54,769 bases of DNA from IMG/VR virus record IMGVR_UViG_3300005532_000251, positions 1-54,769 of that record, one strand, 5' to 3'. This DNA is from a virus. Its lineage: Duplodnaviria > Caudoviricetes. A model generated the notes under the pieces. It was given only the letters and a program-made list of their open reading frames with translations, was not told the DNA's origin and searched no databases. Shown here one piece after another: positions 46,325 through 54,538 of the stretch. Numbering within the stretch: position 1 is the first letter of the stretch; each line of letters begins with the position of its first letter. The position numbers and the translations under genes are program-made.

Positions 46325-46822
46325 ATGCCTCCACAGCATCGCGGCGACGATCTCTCCGCACTCGCCACCCTCATGCAATCCACGATTAATCCGCTGATCT
46401 CCAAGCTCCAGATCCTTGAGACCAAGGTGGACAGCTTGAACCAGGACCGTGTGACACGCACCGATCTCGAAAAGTTGCGCGGTGAGATCGTTGGGGGCTT
46501 TGTGGACCGGGCATCCTACGAGGCGCGGCATGCGGCGGTGGTTGATCGCTGTATGGCCCTCGATATGGCCGTCCGGGAACTGCGCAAGGATACCGAAGAC
46601 GAGTTCAAAAAGCTTATCGACATGGGGACCCAGAGCTGGCATCGCATTGATGCCAAACTCGATGCAATGGATAAGGTCATCGAAGATAAGCTGAAAGAGC
46701 AGCAGCAAGCACAGCTTTCAGCGACTGACCGCGCCTGGCTGCGCGCGACGCAACTGGCGAGCTATGCCGCGATTGGCCTCTCCGCCCTTGACCTCTTGCT
46801 GCGGCTCTTGCATGTGCAGTGA
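46325..46822 (+). CDS. Coiled-coil protein with a C-terminal TM segment
   Basis: Heptad-rich with a hydrophobic tail; sits at the end of the tail module. Confidence 0.6.
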   Translation: MPPQHRGDDLSALATLMQSTINPLISKLQILETKVDSLNQDRVTRTDLEKLRGEIVGGFVDRASYEARHAAVVDRCMALDMAVRELRKDTEDEFKKLIDMGTQSWHRIDAKLDAMDKVIEDKLKEQQQAQLSATDRAWLRATQLASYAAIGLSALDLLLRLLHVQ

Positions 46823-46916
46823 GTAATGCGGGCAGGCGGTGTTATCCCTGATTGATCTGTTCGTCATTGAATCAGATCAATGTATGATTTTTCAATGATA
46901 AGAGAGGGATAACACT

Positions 46917-47609
46917 ATGAATCAATGGAATACTCCGCCGTCTTCATCGCTCTTTCAGCCGCCATCCCAGCCCTATCCATCACAGCCCTATGCCGCCTAT
47001 CCGCCGCCGCCTCCGCCGATCTCCTCGTATCCGCTACCAGCGCAAGCGCAGCCATCCATGCCCTATCCTGGTCAGCCGCCGCAGTTCATGCCGCCCTACA
47101 TGGCAGCGCCCCAGATGATGCAACAAAGCATCAATGTGAGCGTGGCCGGTCCGCGCGGGCATGGTTTCGTTGTGCGAGCGCTGTATTTCATCTTTATCGG
47201 TTCCTGGCTCGGCTTGCTGTGGCTGCATATCGGCTATGCGTTCTGCGCAGGCATCGTAACGCTGCCACTGGGCCTCTATATGCTCAATCGCTTGCCGCGC
47301 ATCATGACACTTCGCCAGCCTGGGCAAACGACAAAAATCAACGTCGCCACGACGCAGGCGCAGTTCCCCGGCGCAGTTCCCTGGATGCCACCGGGAGCCA
47401 TACAAACGATGCATGTCAACGTCAACATTGGCGCCACGCAGCAGCGCAACTTCTTGCTCCGTGCGCTCTACTATGTCTGCATTGGCTGCTGGCTTGGCTA
47501 CCTCTGGGCTATCGCCGCATATGTGTGCTGTGCGACGCTCGTACTGATTCCTGTGGGCGTCATGATGTTTGATCGGCTGCCAGCGATCTTGACGCTGCGC
47601 AAGAATTAG
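46917..47609 (+). CDS. YccF-like duplicated membrane domain protein with Pro-rich N-terminus
   Basis: Two repeats of RALY...IG.WLG..W...Y..C....P.G..M..RLP.I.TLR. Confidence 0.75.
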   Translation: MNQWNTPPSSSLFQPPSQPYPSQPYAAYPPPPPPISSYPLPAQAQPSMPYPGQPPQFMPPYMAAPQMMQQSINVSVAGPRGHGFVVRALYFIFIGSWLGLLWLHIGYAFCAGIVTLPLGLYMLNRLPRIMTLRQPGQTTKINVATTQAQFPGAVPWMPPGAIQTMHVNVNIGATQQRNFLLRALYYVCIGCWLGYLWAIAAYVCCATLVLIPVGVMMFDRLPAILTLRKN

Positions 47610-47621
47610 CGGAGGTGCAGC

Positions 47622-48221
47622 GTGAATCCCTGGCCTCCAAAGCGGCCCTTGTTCCCAGAGGATATCCTGCTCGGCGCGGCTTGCCTGATCTTCCTCGTCG
47701 TCGTTGCGGTGGACATCGCTGTGCTCACGAGTCCTCGCGCGCCATCAAACGCCGCGCAAGTCTCGACGGCCACGACCACGCGAGGCGCGATGTCAGACGC
47801 TGCGCTATCGCCGGCGGCCACGGCGATCAAGGCGCCTTCACCGCAAGCCACAGCACAGCCCTCGACATCGCATACACAGCCGGCATCGCCTCCACAACCA
47901 ACACAGCCGCCTGCGACGAATCCAACGCAATCGACGCCGCCCACACAGCCGCCATCACAACCTTCGCCTTCGCCGTGTGCCAACGCGGTCAATGGTAATC
48001 CCTGGTGCTATACGTTCAGTGGCCCGATGGCGCGCCAGGTGATTACAAACCCGCCTGCCCAGTTCTGCGACGGGCAATACTTCAGTTGCGTCAGCGACTT
48101 CTGGACAGCTGATCGCGGCTATGTCGTCGAGTGCGCGAACGGCCTCTACAGCCATAGCGGCGGCGTTAGTGGCGCGTGTAGTCGCGATGGAAGTGTTGCC
48201 GCGACGCTGTATCAGCCATGA
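47622..48221 (+). CDS. Membrane-anchored Pro/Thr-rich protein with a Cys-rich extracellular domain
   Basis: N-terminal TM, PT linker, then NGNPW.Y.F..PP..FC..YF.C...FW...GYVVEC..G.YSHSGG..GACS. Confidence 0.7.
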   Translation: MNPWPPKRPLFPEDILLGAACLIFLVVVAVDIAVLTSPRAPSNAAQVSTATTTRGAMSDAALSPAATAIKAPSPQATAQPSTSHTQPASPPQPTQPPATNPTQSTPPTQPPSQPSPSPCANAVNGNPWCYTFSGPMARQVITNPPAQFCDGQYFSCVSDFWTADRGYVVECANGLYSHSGGVSGACSRDGSVAATLYQP

Positions 48222-48227
48222 GTACAC

Positions 48228-48270
48228 AAAGAACAGCCCTGGATCTCATCGAGATCCAGGGCTGTTTTGT
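48228..48270. terminator. Bidirectional terminator
   Basis: 16-bp stem 48232-48247/48251-48266 between convergent genes, with A/T flanks. Confidence 0.75.
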
Positions 48271-48277
48271 GTATCCG

Positions 48278-48739
48278 TTACTTCCACTCGTAGCGCCGCC
48301 TGGTCCTGCGCTGGCTTTCTTTGATCTTGCGTAGATCAAGGATCTGCTCAGAGATTTCAGCGAGCGCGAGGCTCCCGGTTGCGAATTCTCGATCTGCGTG
48401 GCCTCGCAGCCATGCTATCGGCTCGCATTGGAGCTTGAGTCCCATGTGACCGATGAAGGCGCGGTTTCCCTCGAACTCGCCAATGATCTCGTTGGTGCCA
48501 ACGATAATCTTTGCGGATTTGCCGGCAAATTCCGCGAGCGACATGCCGAGAGTTCCGAGGCGCACGCGAGGATTATCGGCGAGCAGATAGTAGTAGCGCC
48601 GGATGCCTTCGTGCTTTGGGGGATGCATGGGCTTGTGCGTCTTTCTCAGATAGTCGTCGATGACGCGCTGGTCAGGCTCGCCTGCGTCCTCGAAGGCGGC
48701 GACAAATGCCACGTCAATCGTGGTAATTTTCCAGATCAT
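48278..48739 (-). CDS. Hypothetical protein
   Basis: GGAG RBS; coupled to the upstream gene. Confidence 0.6.
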   Translation of the reverse strand: MIWKITTIDVAFVAAFEDAGEPDQRVIDDYLRKTHKPMHPPKHEGIRRYYYLLADNPRVRLGTLGMSLAEFAGKSAKIIVGTNEIIGEFEGNRAFIGHMGLKLQCEPIAWLRGHADREFATGSLALAEISEQILDLRKIKESQRRTRRRYEWK

Positions 48740-48741
48740 GC

Positions 48742-48987
48742 TTAGTTCTCCGCCTTTTCCCAGTACTCCAGCATCTCATCATCGAGCGCATGGTCCTCTT
48801 GCCAGCGCTTATTGAGTCGCAGGCACTTGCCATAGGCACTTTGCCGGTTGAGGTAGGTTTTACGCGGTCTTAGTTCTTCCCAGGTGTTGCTGTGATTGTC
48901 AACCATTTCAACGACCTCATAGACATCGCCGCCTACTCCGATATTCTTGACGCGGTAGGGGCCAAATACCTTTTGCTTTGCTGGCAT
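48742..48987 (-). CDS. Small hypothetical protein
   Basis: AAGGAG RBS; has its own promoter. Confidence 0.65.
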   Translation of the reverse strand: MPAKQKVFGPYRVKNIGVGGDVYEVVEMVDNHSNTWEELRPRKTYLNRQSAYGKCLRLNKRWQEDHALDDEMLEYWEKAEN

Positions 48988-49024
48988 AGCTTTTCTCCTT
49001 AATCAATATCAATGCCATCTTACT

Positions 49025-49103
49025 GACATCACTTTGATGTCTTCCACAGCTAAAGAATACCATGACATCACTTTGATGTCAATCCCTTACACCACGAATT
49101 TCC
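49025..49103 (-). promoter_or_regulatory. Promoter with twin palindromic operators
   Basis: TTGACA-17-TATTCT; GACATCACTTTGATGTC at 49025-49041 and 49064-49080. Confidence 0.8.
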
Positions 49104-49112
49104 TGAATAAGC

Positions 49113-49150
49113 AAAGAACCGCCCCGGATCGCATCGAGACCGGGGCGGTT
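49113..49150 (-). terminator. Intrinsic terminator
   Basis: AACCGCCCCGG/CCGGGGCGGTT stem. Confidence 0.6.
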
Positions 49151-49190
49151 GTGTGTCTTCAACCCATTCCATTTTGTAATGGGTTGAATT

Positions 49191-49565
49191 TCAGCGCCGC
49201 AAGGACCTGACGACATCTCTGATCCGGCGCAGTTCCGCCTCGACTTCTTTGCGCTGCCTCCCTGCGTACTCAGAGAGATCAATACCTTCGAGCGCAGACA
49301 GCGCCAGATCGCAGGCGGTACGCTGTGCCGCACGGATCTCAGCCTGGATCTCACGAGCACGCCTGGCACGCTTCTCATTCTTCGCGCGCAATGCTTCCTC
49401 AGAAAGCTGCGCCTGGCGCAGCCGATCATTGACCAGCTTCGCGCCGGCAGGATCGAGGGCGCGGCATTCCTTGCACCAGGGCATGATAAAGCCGGATCGG
49501 CCCTGAAAGAGCACAAGGAATTTCTCCTCGCCACAGCGCTCACATTTCTTTGTTTTCATATTCAA
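49191..49565 (-). CDS. Zinc-finger protein
   Basis: KKCERCGEEK...WCKEC then a coiled coil. Confidence 0.6.
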   Translation of the reverse strand: MNMKTKKCERCGEEKFLVLFQGRSGFIMPWCKECRALDPAGAKLVNDRLRQAQLSEEALRAKNEKRARRAREIQAEIRAAQRTACDLALSALEGIDLSEYAGRQRKEVEAELRRIRDVVRSLRR

Positions 49566-49789
49566 TATCCTGCATCGTAGAGCCAGGCTTTCAGAATCTC
49601 ATTCACTGCTTCATCGACGCCCTGAAAACCTCGCTCTTCTATGCATTCGTTGAGCCGGCGTAAGGTCAGCGGCTGGACCTTGCAGCAAAGTTCCGCGCTC
49701 AAAGGATCAGCCTCATGCGCGGCGAGGATTGAGGCGGCCAGGAGATATTCTTTGAGGCCGGGATCTTCATTGAGAGATTCGTCATTCAT
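49562..49789 (-). CDS. Small protein, possible RHH
   Basis: GAGG RBS; strand-helix-helix-like C-terminus. Confidence 0.5.
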   Translation of the reverse strand: MNDESLNEDPGLKEYLLAASILAAHEADPLSAELCCKVQPLTLRRLNECIEERGFQGVDEAVNEILKAWLYDAGY

Positions 49790-49796
49790 TATGGCC

Positions 49797-50045
49797 TCAC
49801 AAGATCATCGCTTTTTGATCTTCTGATCGTCTTCCATAGACCTGCTTGATCGCAAAGAGTACCGCATCTTGAAGCTCCGCGCGTGTTGGGAAAGGTACGC
49901 CCTGCTGCATGAAGAAATCATACAGCAGGTCTACATCCGGCTTTTTGATGCGGATGACGACACTCTCATGCTCTCCTGGCTTCTCGGCATTTTTATTGCC
50001 AGGGGGCGCGCCTGGCTTGCGATCAGAGGAAATGCTACGAGCCAC
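49797..50045 (-). CDS. Small DNA-binding-like protein
   Basis: GAPPGNKNAEK motif followed by an RHH-like segment. Confidence 0.55.
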   Translation of the reverse strand: MARSISSDRKPGAPPGNKNAEKPGEHESVVIRIKKPDVDLLYDFFMQQGVPFPTRAELQDAVLFAIKQVYGRRSEDQKAMIL

Positions 50046-50244
50046 GCTTCAACTCCTGTTCTACGACAGCATGGATAGCCGCATTCATCTCCGGGGGCAA
50101 TTCGTCACCGATCACCCCCGCTTCGCGTGCGAGGCGCACACCGGCCCCCGTCGCCATCCATTTGATATCTTCCTCATCCATCCCCTCTTCGCGCGCCAGG
50201 GCAATTTCGCCCTGGATGGCCTTGACCAACTCTGGATTAAGCAT
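50035..50244 (-). CDS. Small hypothetical protein
   Basis: AAGGAGG RBS. Confidence 0.6.
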   Translation of the reverse strand: MLNPELVKAIQGEIALAREEGMDEEDIKWMATGAGVRLAREAGVIGDELPPEMNAAIHAVVEQELKRGS

Positions 50245-50258
50245 TGATTCCCTCCTTT

Positions 50259-50882
50259 TTACCGTCGGATATACTGATCTCCCTGCTCATCACAGAGAAA
50301 TAATGATGCCGGGGACATGCGATTAGAAAGCGTGGCGCGAAGCAGTCGCCGTGCGCTGTCCAGGAGGAATGCATAATCTTCGCATTCCTCGTCATGGGGA
50401 TGGGCTGCATGCAACGCCTGCGCAAGTTGCTCGGCGGTAAAGATCGTCCCGGCAGGCATGGCCCGGACGGTTTCCGTCATTGTCTGGTCAGCGTCTACAC
50501 CGCGCTGATTGCGATAAAAAACGCTCATCACTTCGATGTGGGCGCTCTGCTGCGCATGTGCCTCTTCAACGACTGATTCTGCCTGCTGCTCGCTCGTTTC
50601 TGTCTGAGGGGCTGGTGGCTCCGGCGCAGGCCGGGCGACGATCACAATACGCTGACCAGCATCGGGACCGCGCATCTTTTCGTAGCGAGCCAGTTCAGCT
50701 TCGGCTTTGGCCTGATCCGTGGTCTCATAGCCGTTCCACCAGCATTGGCGATCTTGGTACCAGTACTGCACTGAAAAGAAGGTATCGGGCGTATCAGGCC
50801 CGAAGAAACTCAGATCACCAGCCTGATAGGCATTGGGCGCGCGGTTATTCAATTCGTTGAGGGCGATAACTTCGTAGGTCAT
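50259..50882 (-). CDS. Hypothetical early protein
   Basis: AAGGAG RBS before ATG 50882. Confidence 0.65.
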   Translation of the reverse strand: MTYEVIALNELNNRAPNAYQAGDLSFFGPDTPDTFFSVQYWYQDRQCWWNGYETTDQAKAEAELARYEKMRGPDAGQRIVIVARPAPEPPAPQTETSEQQAESVVEEAHAQQSAHIEVMSVFYRNQRGVDADQTMTETVRAMPAGTIFTAEQLAQALHAAHPHDEECEDYAFLLDSARRLLRATLSNRMSPASLFLCDEQGDQYIRR

Positions 50883-50930
50883 TGTTGTTCTCCTTACTTT
50901 TCTCTGTCCCGATTTCTCAGGTACAATTGA

Positions 50931-50980
50931 ATTGTAACACAACAATTCGATGCTGTCAACCCCTTGTGCCACGAATTTCC
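50931..50980 (-). promoter_or_regulatory. Leftward promoter with conserved upstream element
   Basis: TTGACA-17-TACAAT; GGAAATTCGTGG 9 nt upstream of the -35. Confidence 0.75.
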
Positions 50981-51119
50981 CCGCCTCCGCAAAAACTCAT
51001 TGATCCTCATGGATATCACCATAATGCCCTGATTTTGCCCTGATTTGTGCGAAATTCGTAGAACTTTTGTGCAGATCATTCGTTATACAAAGCAGAGCAG
51101 CAAGGAGACGACGAATCCC

Positions 51120-52088
51120 ATGCAATTCATCGCATCGCCGAACTACTGGGCAGGCCGGGCGGGGTATCGCCCGCGTTGGCTCATTGTGCATGGTACTGCC
51201 GGCGGCAGCTCCGCCGCAGGTATCGCCGCCTGGTTCGCGAATCCAGAGAGCCAGGTCAGCGCTCACTACGTTGTGGACCAGGCCGGCACGGTGATCTGCT
51301 GCGTCGAGGAGCAGGACACCGCCTGGTCCAACGGTATCATCACCGGGGCGCCGGCGACCTTGCCGTTCCGCACTGCCAGCGATGGCATCCACCGGGACGC
51401 CTGGTGGAGCGATGCCGTGAACCCCAACTATCTCACGATCTCCATTGAGCACGTCAAGCCCAGCACGGATAACAGCGATGCTTTGACGCAGGCGCAGCAG
51501 GCGGCGAGCTTTGCGCTTATCAAAGCGATCTGCGAGCGCTGGGGCATTCCAAAGCGATTCGCAGATAGCAATGGGGGCATCACCGGCCACTTTAGCATCG
51601 ATCCTCTGAACAGATCGCACTGCCCAGGGCCGTATCCGTGGTCGGCATTGTGGGCTTATTTACAACGAGGGGGAAGTATGGTTCCGCAAGGATGGAGCGA
51701 TGACGGCACGACACTCACTGCTCCCAATGGCGTCAAAGTCATCAAGGGATTCCGCGATGTTGTGCTCTTCAGCGCCTGGGATCCGCAAAATTATCCGCTG
51801 GAGGCGGAGCGCGGCGCCGATCCTTTGGAGGTCGGTAATCCATCGCTTGGCGCCGGGACACGTCAGACCTTCCGCTGGAGTCGCTTAGAATGGACGCCCT
51901 CACGCGGCGTCTTTCAGTGCTGGCTTGGTCAGGAGGCGCTGGCATTGGAAGCGAAGCTAGCGCAGCTCCAGCCGGCGCCAATCACCGCTGCGCAGGCGAG
52001 CATCGTCATCGCCGATCTTAAAGACATTGTAGAGAGTGCCGAGGGTGCCTTGCAGCAGCTCGGCGCCGGCACATCGTCATCATCGTAG
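51120..52088 (+). CDS. Endolysin, N-acetylmuramoyl-L-alanine amidase (Amidase_2)
   Basis: IVHGTAG, SAHYVV, ISIEH and GH..IDP..R..CPG Zn-ligand motifs; C-terminal VPQGW.DDG..LTAPNG domain. Confidence 0.92.
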   Translation: MQFIASPNYWAGRAGYRPRWLIVHGTAGGSSAAGIAAWFANPESQVSAHYVVDQAGTVICCVEEQDTAWSNGIITGAPATLPFRTASDGIHRDAWWSDAVNPNYLTISIEHVKPSTDNSDALTQAQQAASFALIKAICERWGIPKRFADSNGGITGHFSIDPLNRSHCPGPYPWSALWAYLQRGGSMVPQGWSDDGTTLTAPNGVKVIKGFRDVVLFSAWDPQNYPLEAERGADPLEVGNPSLGAGTRQTFRWSRLEWTPSRGVFQCWLGQEALALEAKLAQLQPAPITAAQASIVIADLKDIVESAEGALQQLGAGTSSSS

Positions 52089-52152
52089 CGCGTCCTTGTA
52101 GTGCGTCCTCGTAGTTTTCCACAGCTTATCCACAGAGAAAGCAGGTATTTCA

Positions 52153-52491
52153 ATGACAGACACTGCGCTTACCATCCCTGCCAGAACGTCCACCTCTGGT
52201 GAAATTACGCCGCAGGGCATCGTACCTGTGCCGAGTATCGGCGATCAGGTACTCTTTGTGCTCGACACCGGCCACTCTGCCGGAGAATCGCGCCCGGCTA
52301 TCGTCACCAGGACCTTTGCGGAAAAGACGGGCATGGTGAATCTCCAGGTCCTCACCGATGCCCTCAACGATTTCTCAGCGGGTGATCCCGGCTGCACAGG
52401 GATCATGTGGAAGACAGCGGTGCCCTACAGCGAAACCGGCGAGCGCGGCACCTGGCGCTATGGTACGCCATCCTATACCATCACTGGATAG
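52153..52491 (+). CDS. Conserved small phage protein (PSIG..V..PAIVT..VNL.V..W family)
   Basis: Motif pattern; a paralog lies at 53449..53709. Confidence 0.65.
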   Translation: MTDTALTIPARTSTSGEITPQGIVPVPSIGDQVLFVLDTGHSAGESRPAIVTRTFAEKTGMVNLQVLTDALNDFSAGDPGCTGIMWKTAVPYSETGERGTWRYGTPSYTITG

Positions 52492-52495
52492 CGCC

Positions 52496-52960
52496 ATGAC
52501 GGTTCCACAGCCCTTCACATTGCTCCTGCCAGCACTGGCCTCAATGATCGCCGGGTGGCTCAAGGATGATAATTTGCCTGCCTGGGCTAACTTCGCGATC
52601 ATCGTTGCGCTCTTCGTCGTCTCAGTGGCTGCGTGCATCCTCGTCGGCGGCGGCCTCAGTGGCAACCCTGGCGCCGACATCAGCCTGATTATCGCCGAGT
52701 GCGCCGCCGTCTTTGGCTTGCTGAAGCCGGTGATGGACAGAGCAGCGGCGACAGTGCCCTCGCCGATAGCAGCGCTCGCCGAGAGCCGCGCAGAGGCAGA
52801 GGCGGTCTTCGCGGCGCCGATCACGCCGGTAGCCGTGCGCGCCAGTGCTGCACCGATCAAAGAGCAAAGCCCGGTGAGGCCGCAGATCACGTTGCCGGCA
52901 AAGCCGCCACCGCCAGAGTCTCCACCACCAGCGCCAGGCGGGGACGGCTCGGCCTCGTAG
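52496..52960 (+). CDS. Holin (putative)
   Basis: 2-3 TM helices, Pro-rich tail, next to the endolysin. Confidence 0.65.
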   Translation: MTVPQPFTLLLPALASMIAGWLKDDNLPAWANFAIIVALFVVSVAACILVGGGLSGNPGADISLIIAECAAVFGLLKPVMDRAAATVPSPIAALAESRAEAEAVFAAPITPVAVRASAAPIKEQSPVRPQITLPAKPPPPESPPPAPGGDGSAS

Positions 52961-52984
52961 CCTCTGCCTCGCCTTACGCGCTGC

Positions 52985-53433
52985 TTGACATGGCGAGGCG
53001 ACGACTGCTATGATGGCGGTGTTTCCGAGACGGGAAGCGCGGGCCTCGACGATGCAACACGTCGAGGCCCGCGCTGCATTTTGGCACATTGACAGCAGTG
53101 CTAGCATTGATATCGATACCTCTACCATCTGGCGCAGGCGATCACGGCCATTCTACCGCCAAATTATCATGGCCGTGATCGTTGTCCTCTAAGATTGACA
53201 GCGCGGCCCACATCGCGTATTCTGTGAGCACGGGAAAAGTCAGGTATTTCAGTTGAGTACAGACACGATATGGCGCCTATCGACCAGCCCTCGATAGGCG
53301 CCATATCGTGTCTTGACGGAGCCTCTCTCGCATGCTACGATAGGGCTGCGATCCCATCGCGACTGCAATGTCATGCCAGGCGGCACCCAACACACAAAGA
53401 GGCCCTTGAAGCGCGGATTGCTTCAAGGGCCTC
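52985..53433 (+). ncRNA. Tandem array of four promoter-leader-hairpin units (candidate sRNAs)
   Basis: -35 boxes at 52985, 53089, 53195 and 53313, each followed by a -10 box (weak in unit 2) and a 13-23 bp perfect stem. Confidence 0.6.
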
Positions 53434-53448
53434 GATGATTCTCAACGC

Positions 53449-53709
53449 TCACACGATGATCGGCTCATCGCCCGCAAGGCGGGATTGATATGATGGCAGA
53501 TGCCACGTATCCGCCTTCGCTTTCGCCGAATACGCAACGCTTTTGACAACGCGCACGCCGTAGCCAGCGCTGACCAGGACATGGAGCTGGACGACGCCGC
53601 GCTCTTTGTCCTCAATGCCAGAGATGATGGCGGCGTACTCACGGCCTACCATGTCCACGTAGATCACGGTGCGGCCAAGCGCGGCGCCGGGGATCATCGT
53701 TGTTGTCAT
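53449..53709 (-). CDS. Paralog of the 52153..52491 family
   Basis: LGRTVIYV..YAAII..V.LHVL..VAYS...TW pattern. Confidence 0.6.
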   Translation of the reverse strand: MTTTMIPGAALGRTVIYVDMVGREYAAIISGIEDKERGVVQLHVLVSAGYGVRVVKSVAYSAKAKADTWHLPSYQSRLAGDEPIIV

Positions 53710-54056
53710 AGCGCACGCATCCTCTCTGTTTCCCTCGTTTCAACGAGGGCCGCCCGCGCGGCAGCGAGGGCCTGGGCGATCTTCGGATCGGCGGCGATCT
53801 CGTCGCAACTAAGCGACTGCACGGCATTCATGAGCGTCATCGCCTGCATGGATTCTGTGTTGTGCCGGCTGTCTTGCAGCGCGCGCACGAGGACGAGGAT
53901 ATGCTGTGGCATCGGCGCCTCGCTCCGAGGCCGTGCATGGAAATACTCCATGATAGCCATGAAGAGAGCGCGCAGGGCCTCGCTTGTCGCTGGAGGCGTC
54001 TGCTCTCGTGTGTTGCGCAGCGCGGCCAGGCGCGGCGGTGTGGTCGTCATGGTCAT
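53706..54056 (-). CDS. Hypothetical protein
   Basis: AGGAGG RBS; ATGA coupling. Confidence 0.6.
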   Translation of the reverse strand: MTMTTTPPRLAALRNTREQTPPATSEALRALFMAIMEYFHARPRSEAPMPQHILVLVRALQDSRHNTESMQAMTLMNAVQSLSCDEIAADPKIAQALAAARAALVETRETERMRAL

Positions 54057-54478
54057 CGCAGCGCCTCCTGGTTCACAATGAGTTCGCCAGTTGTCCGGGC
54101 CAGCGCGCGATCTGTGGCGCGATCAACAAGTGCTGCGTCGCATTGATCGATCATGAGATTATGCGTACAGCGCGGCACGAGCACCGCGCCGAGTTCTTCG
54201 GCGAGACCAACGCTCACCTCGAAGAGACCGCAGGCTACGATGTCATCGGCATCCCCACAGCGCATGATGATAGTCACCGTTTCGCCATCGTTGGCGGTAA
54301 GGTCAAGCTCCGAGTCCCCGGTGACCAACTCATGGCAAACCGGACCATCAATGTTGCGCTCGTGGATCACCGTGATGATGGTGTTCTCATCACTGAGAGA
54401 ACTGTGCAGATGCACAGAGGCGCTGTAGCTCGTCTGCTCCGTATAGAGCACACTGAGCCAGGCTAATTTCGTCGTCAT
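54053..54478 (-). CDS. Hypothetical protein
   Basis: AAGGGGG RBS; coupled operon. Confidence 0.6.
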   Translation of the reverse strand: MTTKLAWLSVLYTEQTSYSASVHLHSSLSDENTIITVIHERNIDGPVCHELVTGDSELDLTANDGETVTIIMRCGDADDIVACGLFEVSVGLAEELGAVLVPRCTHNLMIDQCDAALVDRATDRALARTTGELIVNQEALR

Positions 54479-54538
54479 TGGATACCCCCTTGATTGAATG
54501 CAGCGCGCGCGTAATTCGGCGCGCTGCGACTACAAAGA

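Noticed and set aside
53010-53488. ORFs 53010..53192 and 53270..53488
   Set aside because: Their starts fall in a -10 box or inside a hairpin, they lack an RBS and they cross long stems; the noncoding reading is more economical.
53455-53495. Solitary CRISPR-repeat-like sequence (..CCCGCAAGGCGGGATTGATA)
   Set aside because: Lies within the coding end of ORF 53449 and lacks a proper repeat terminus; resemblance too weak.
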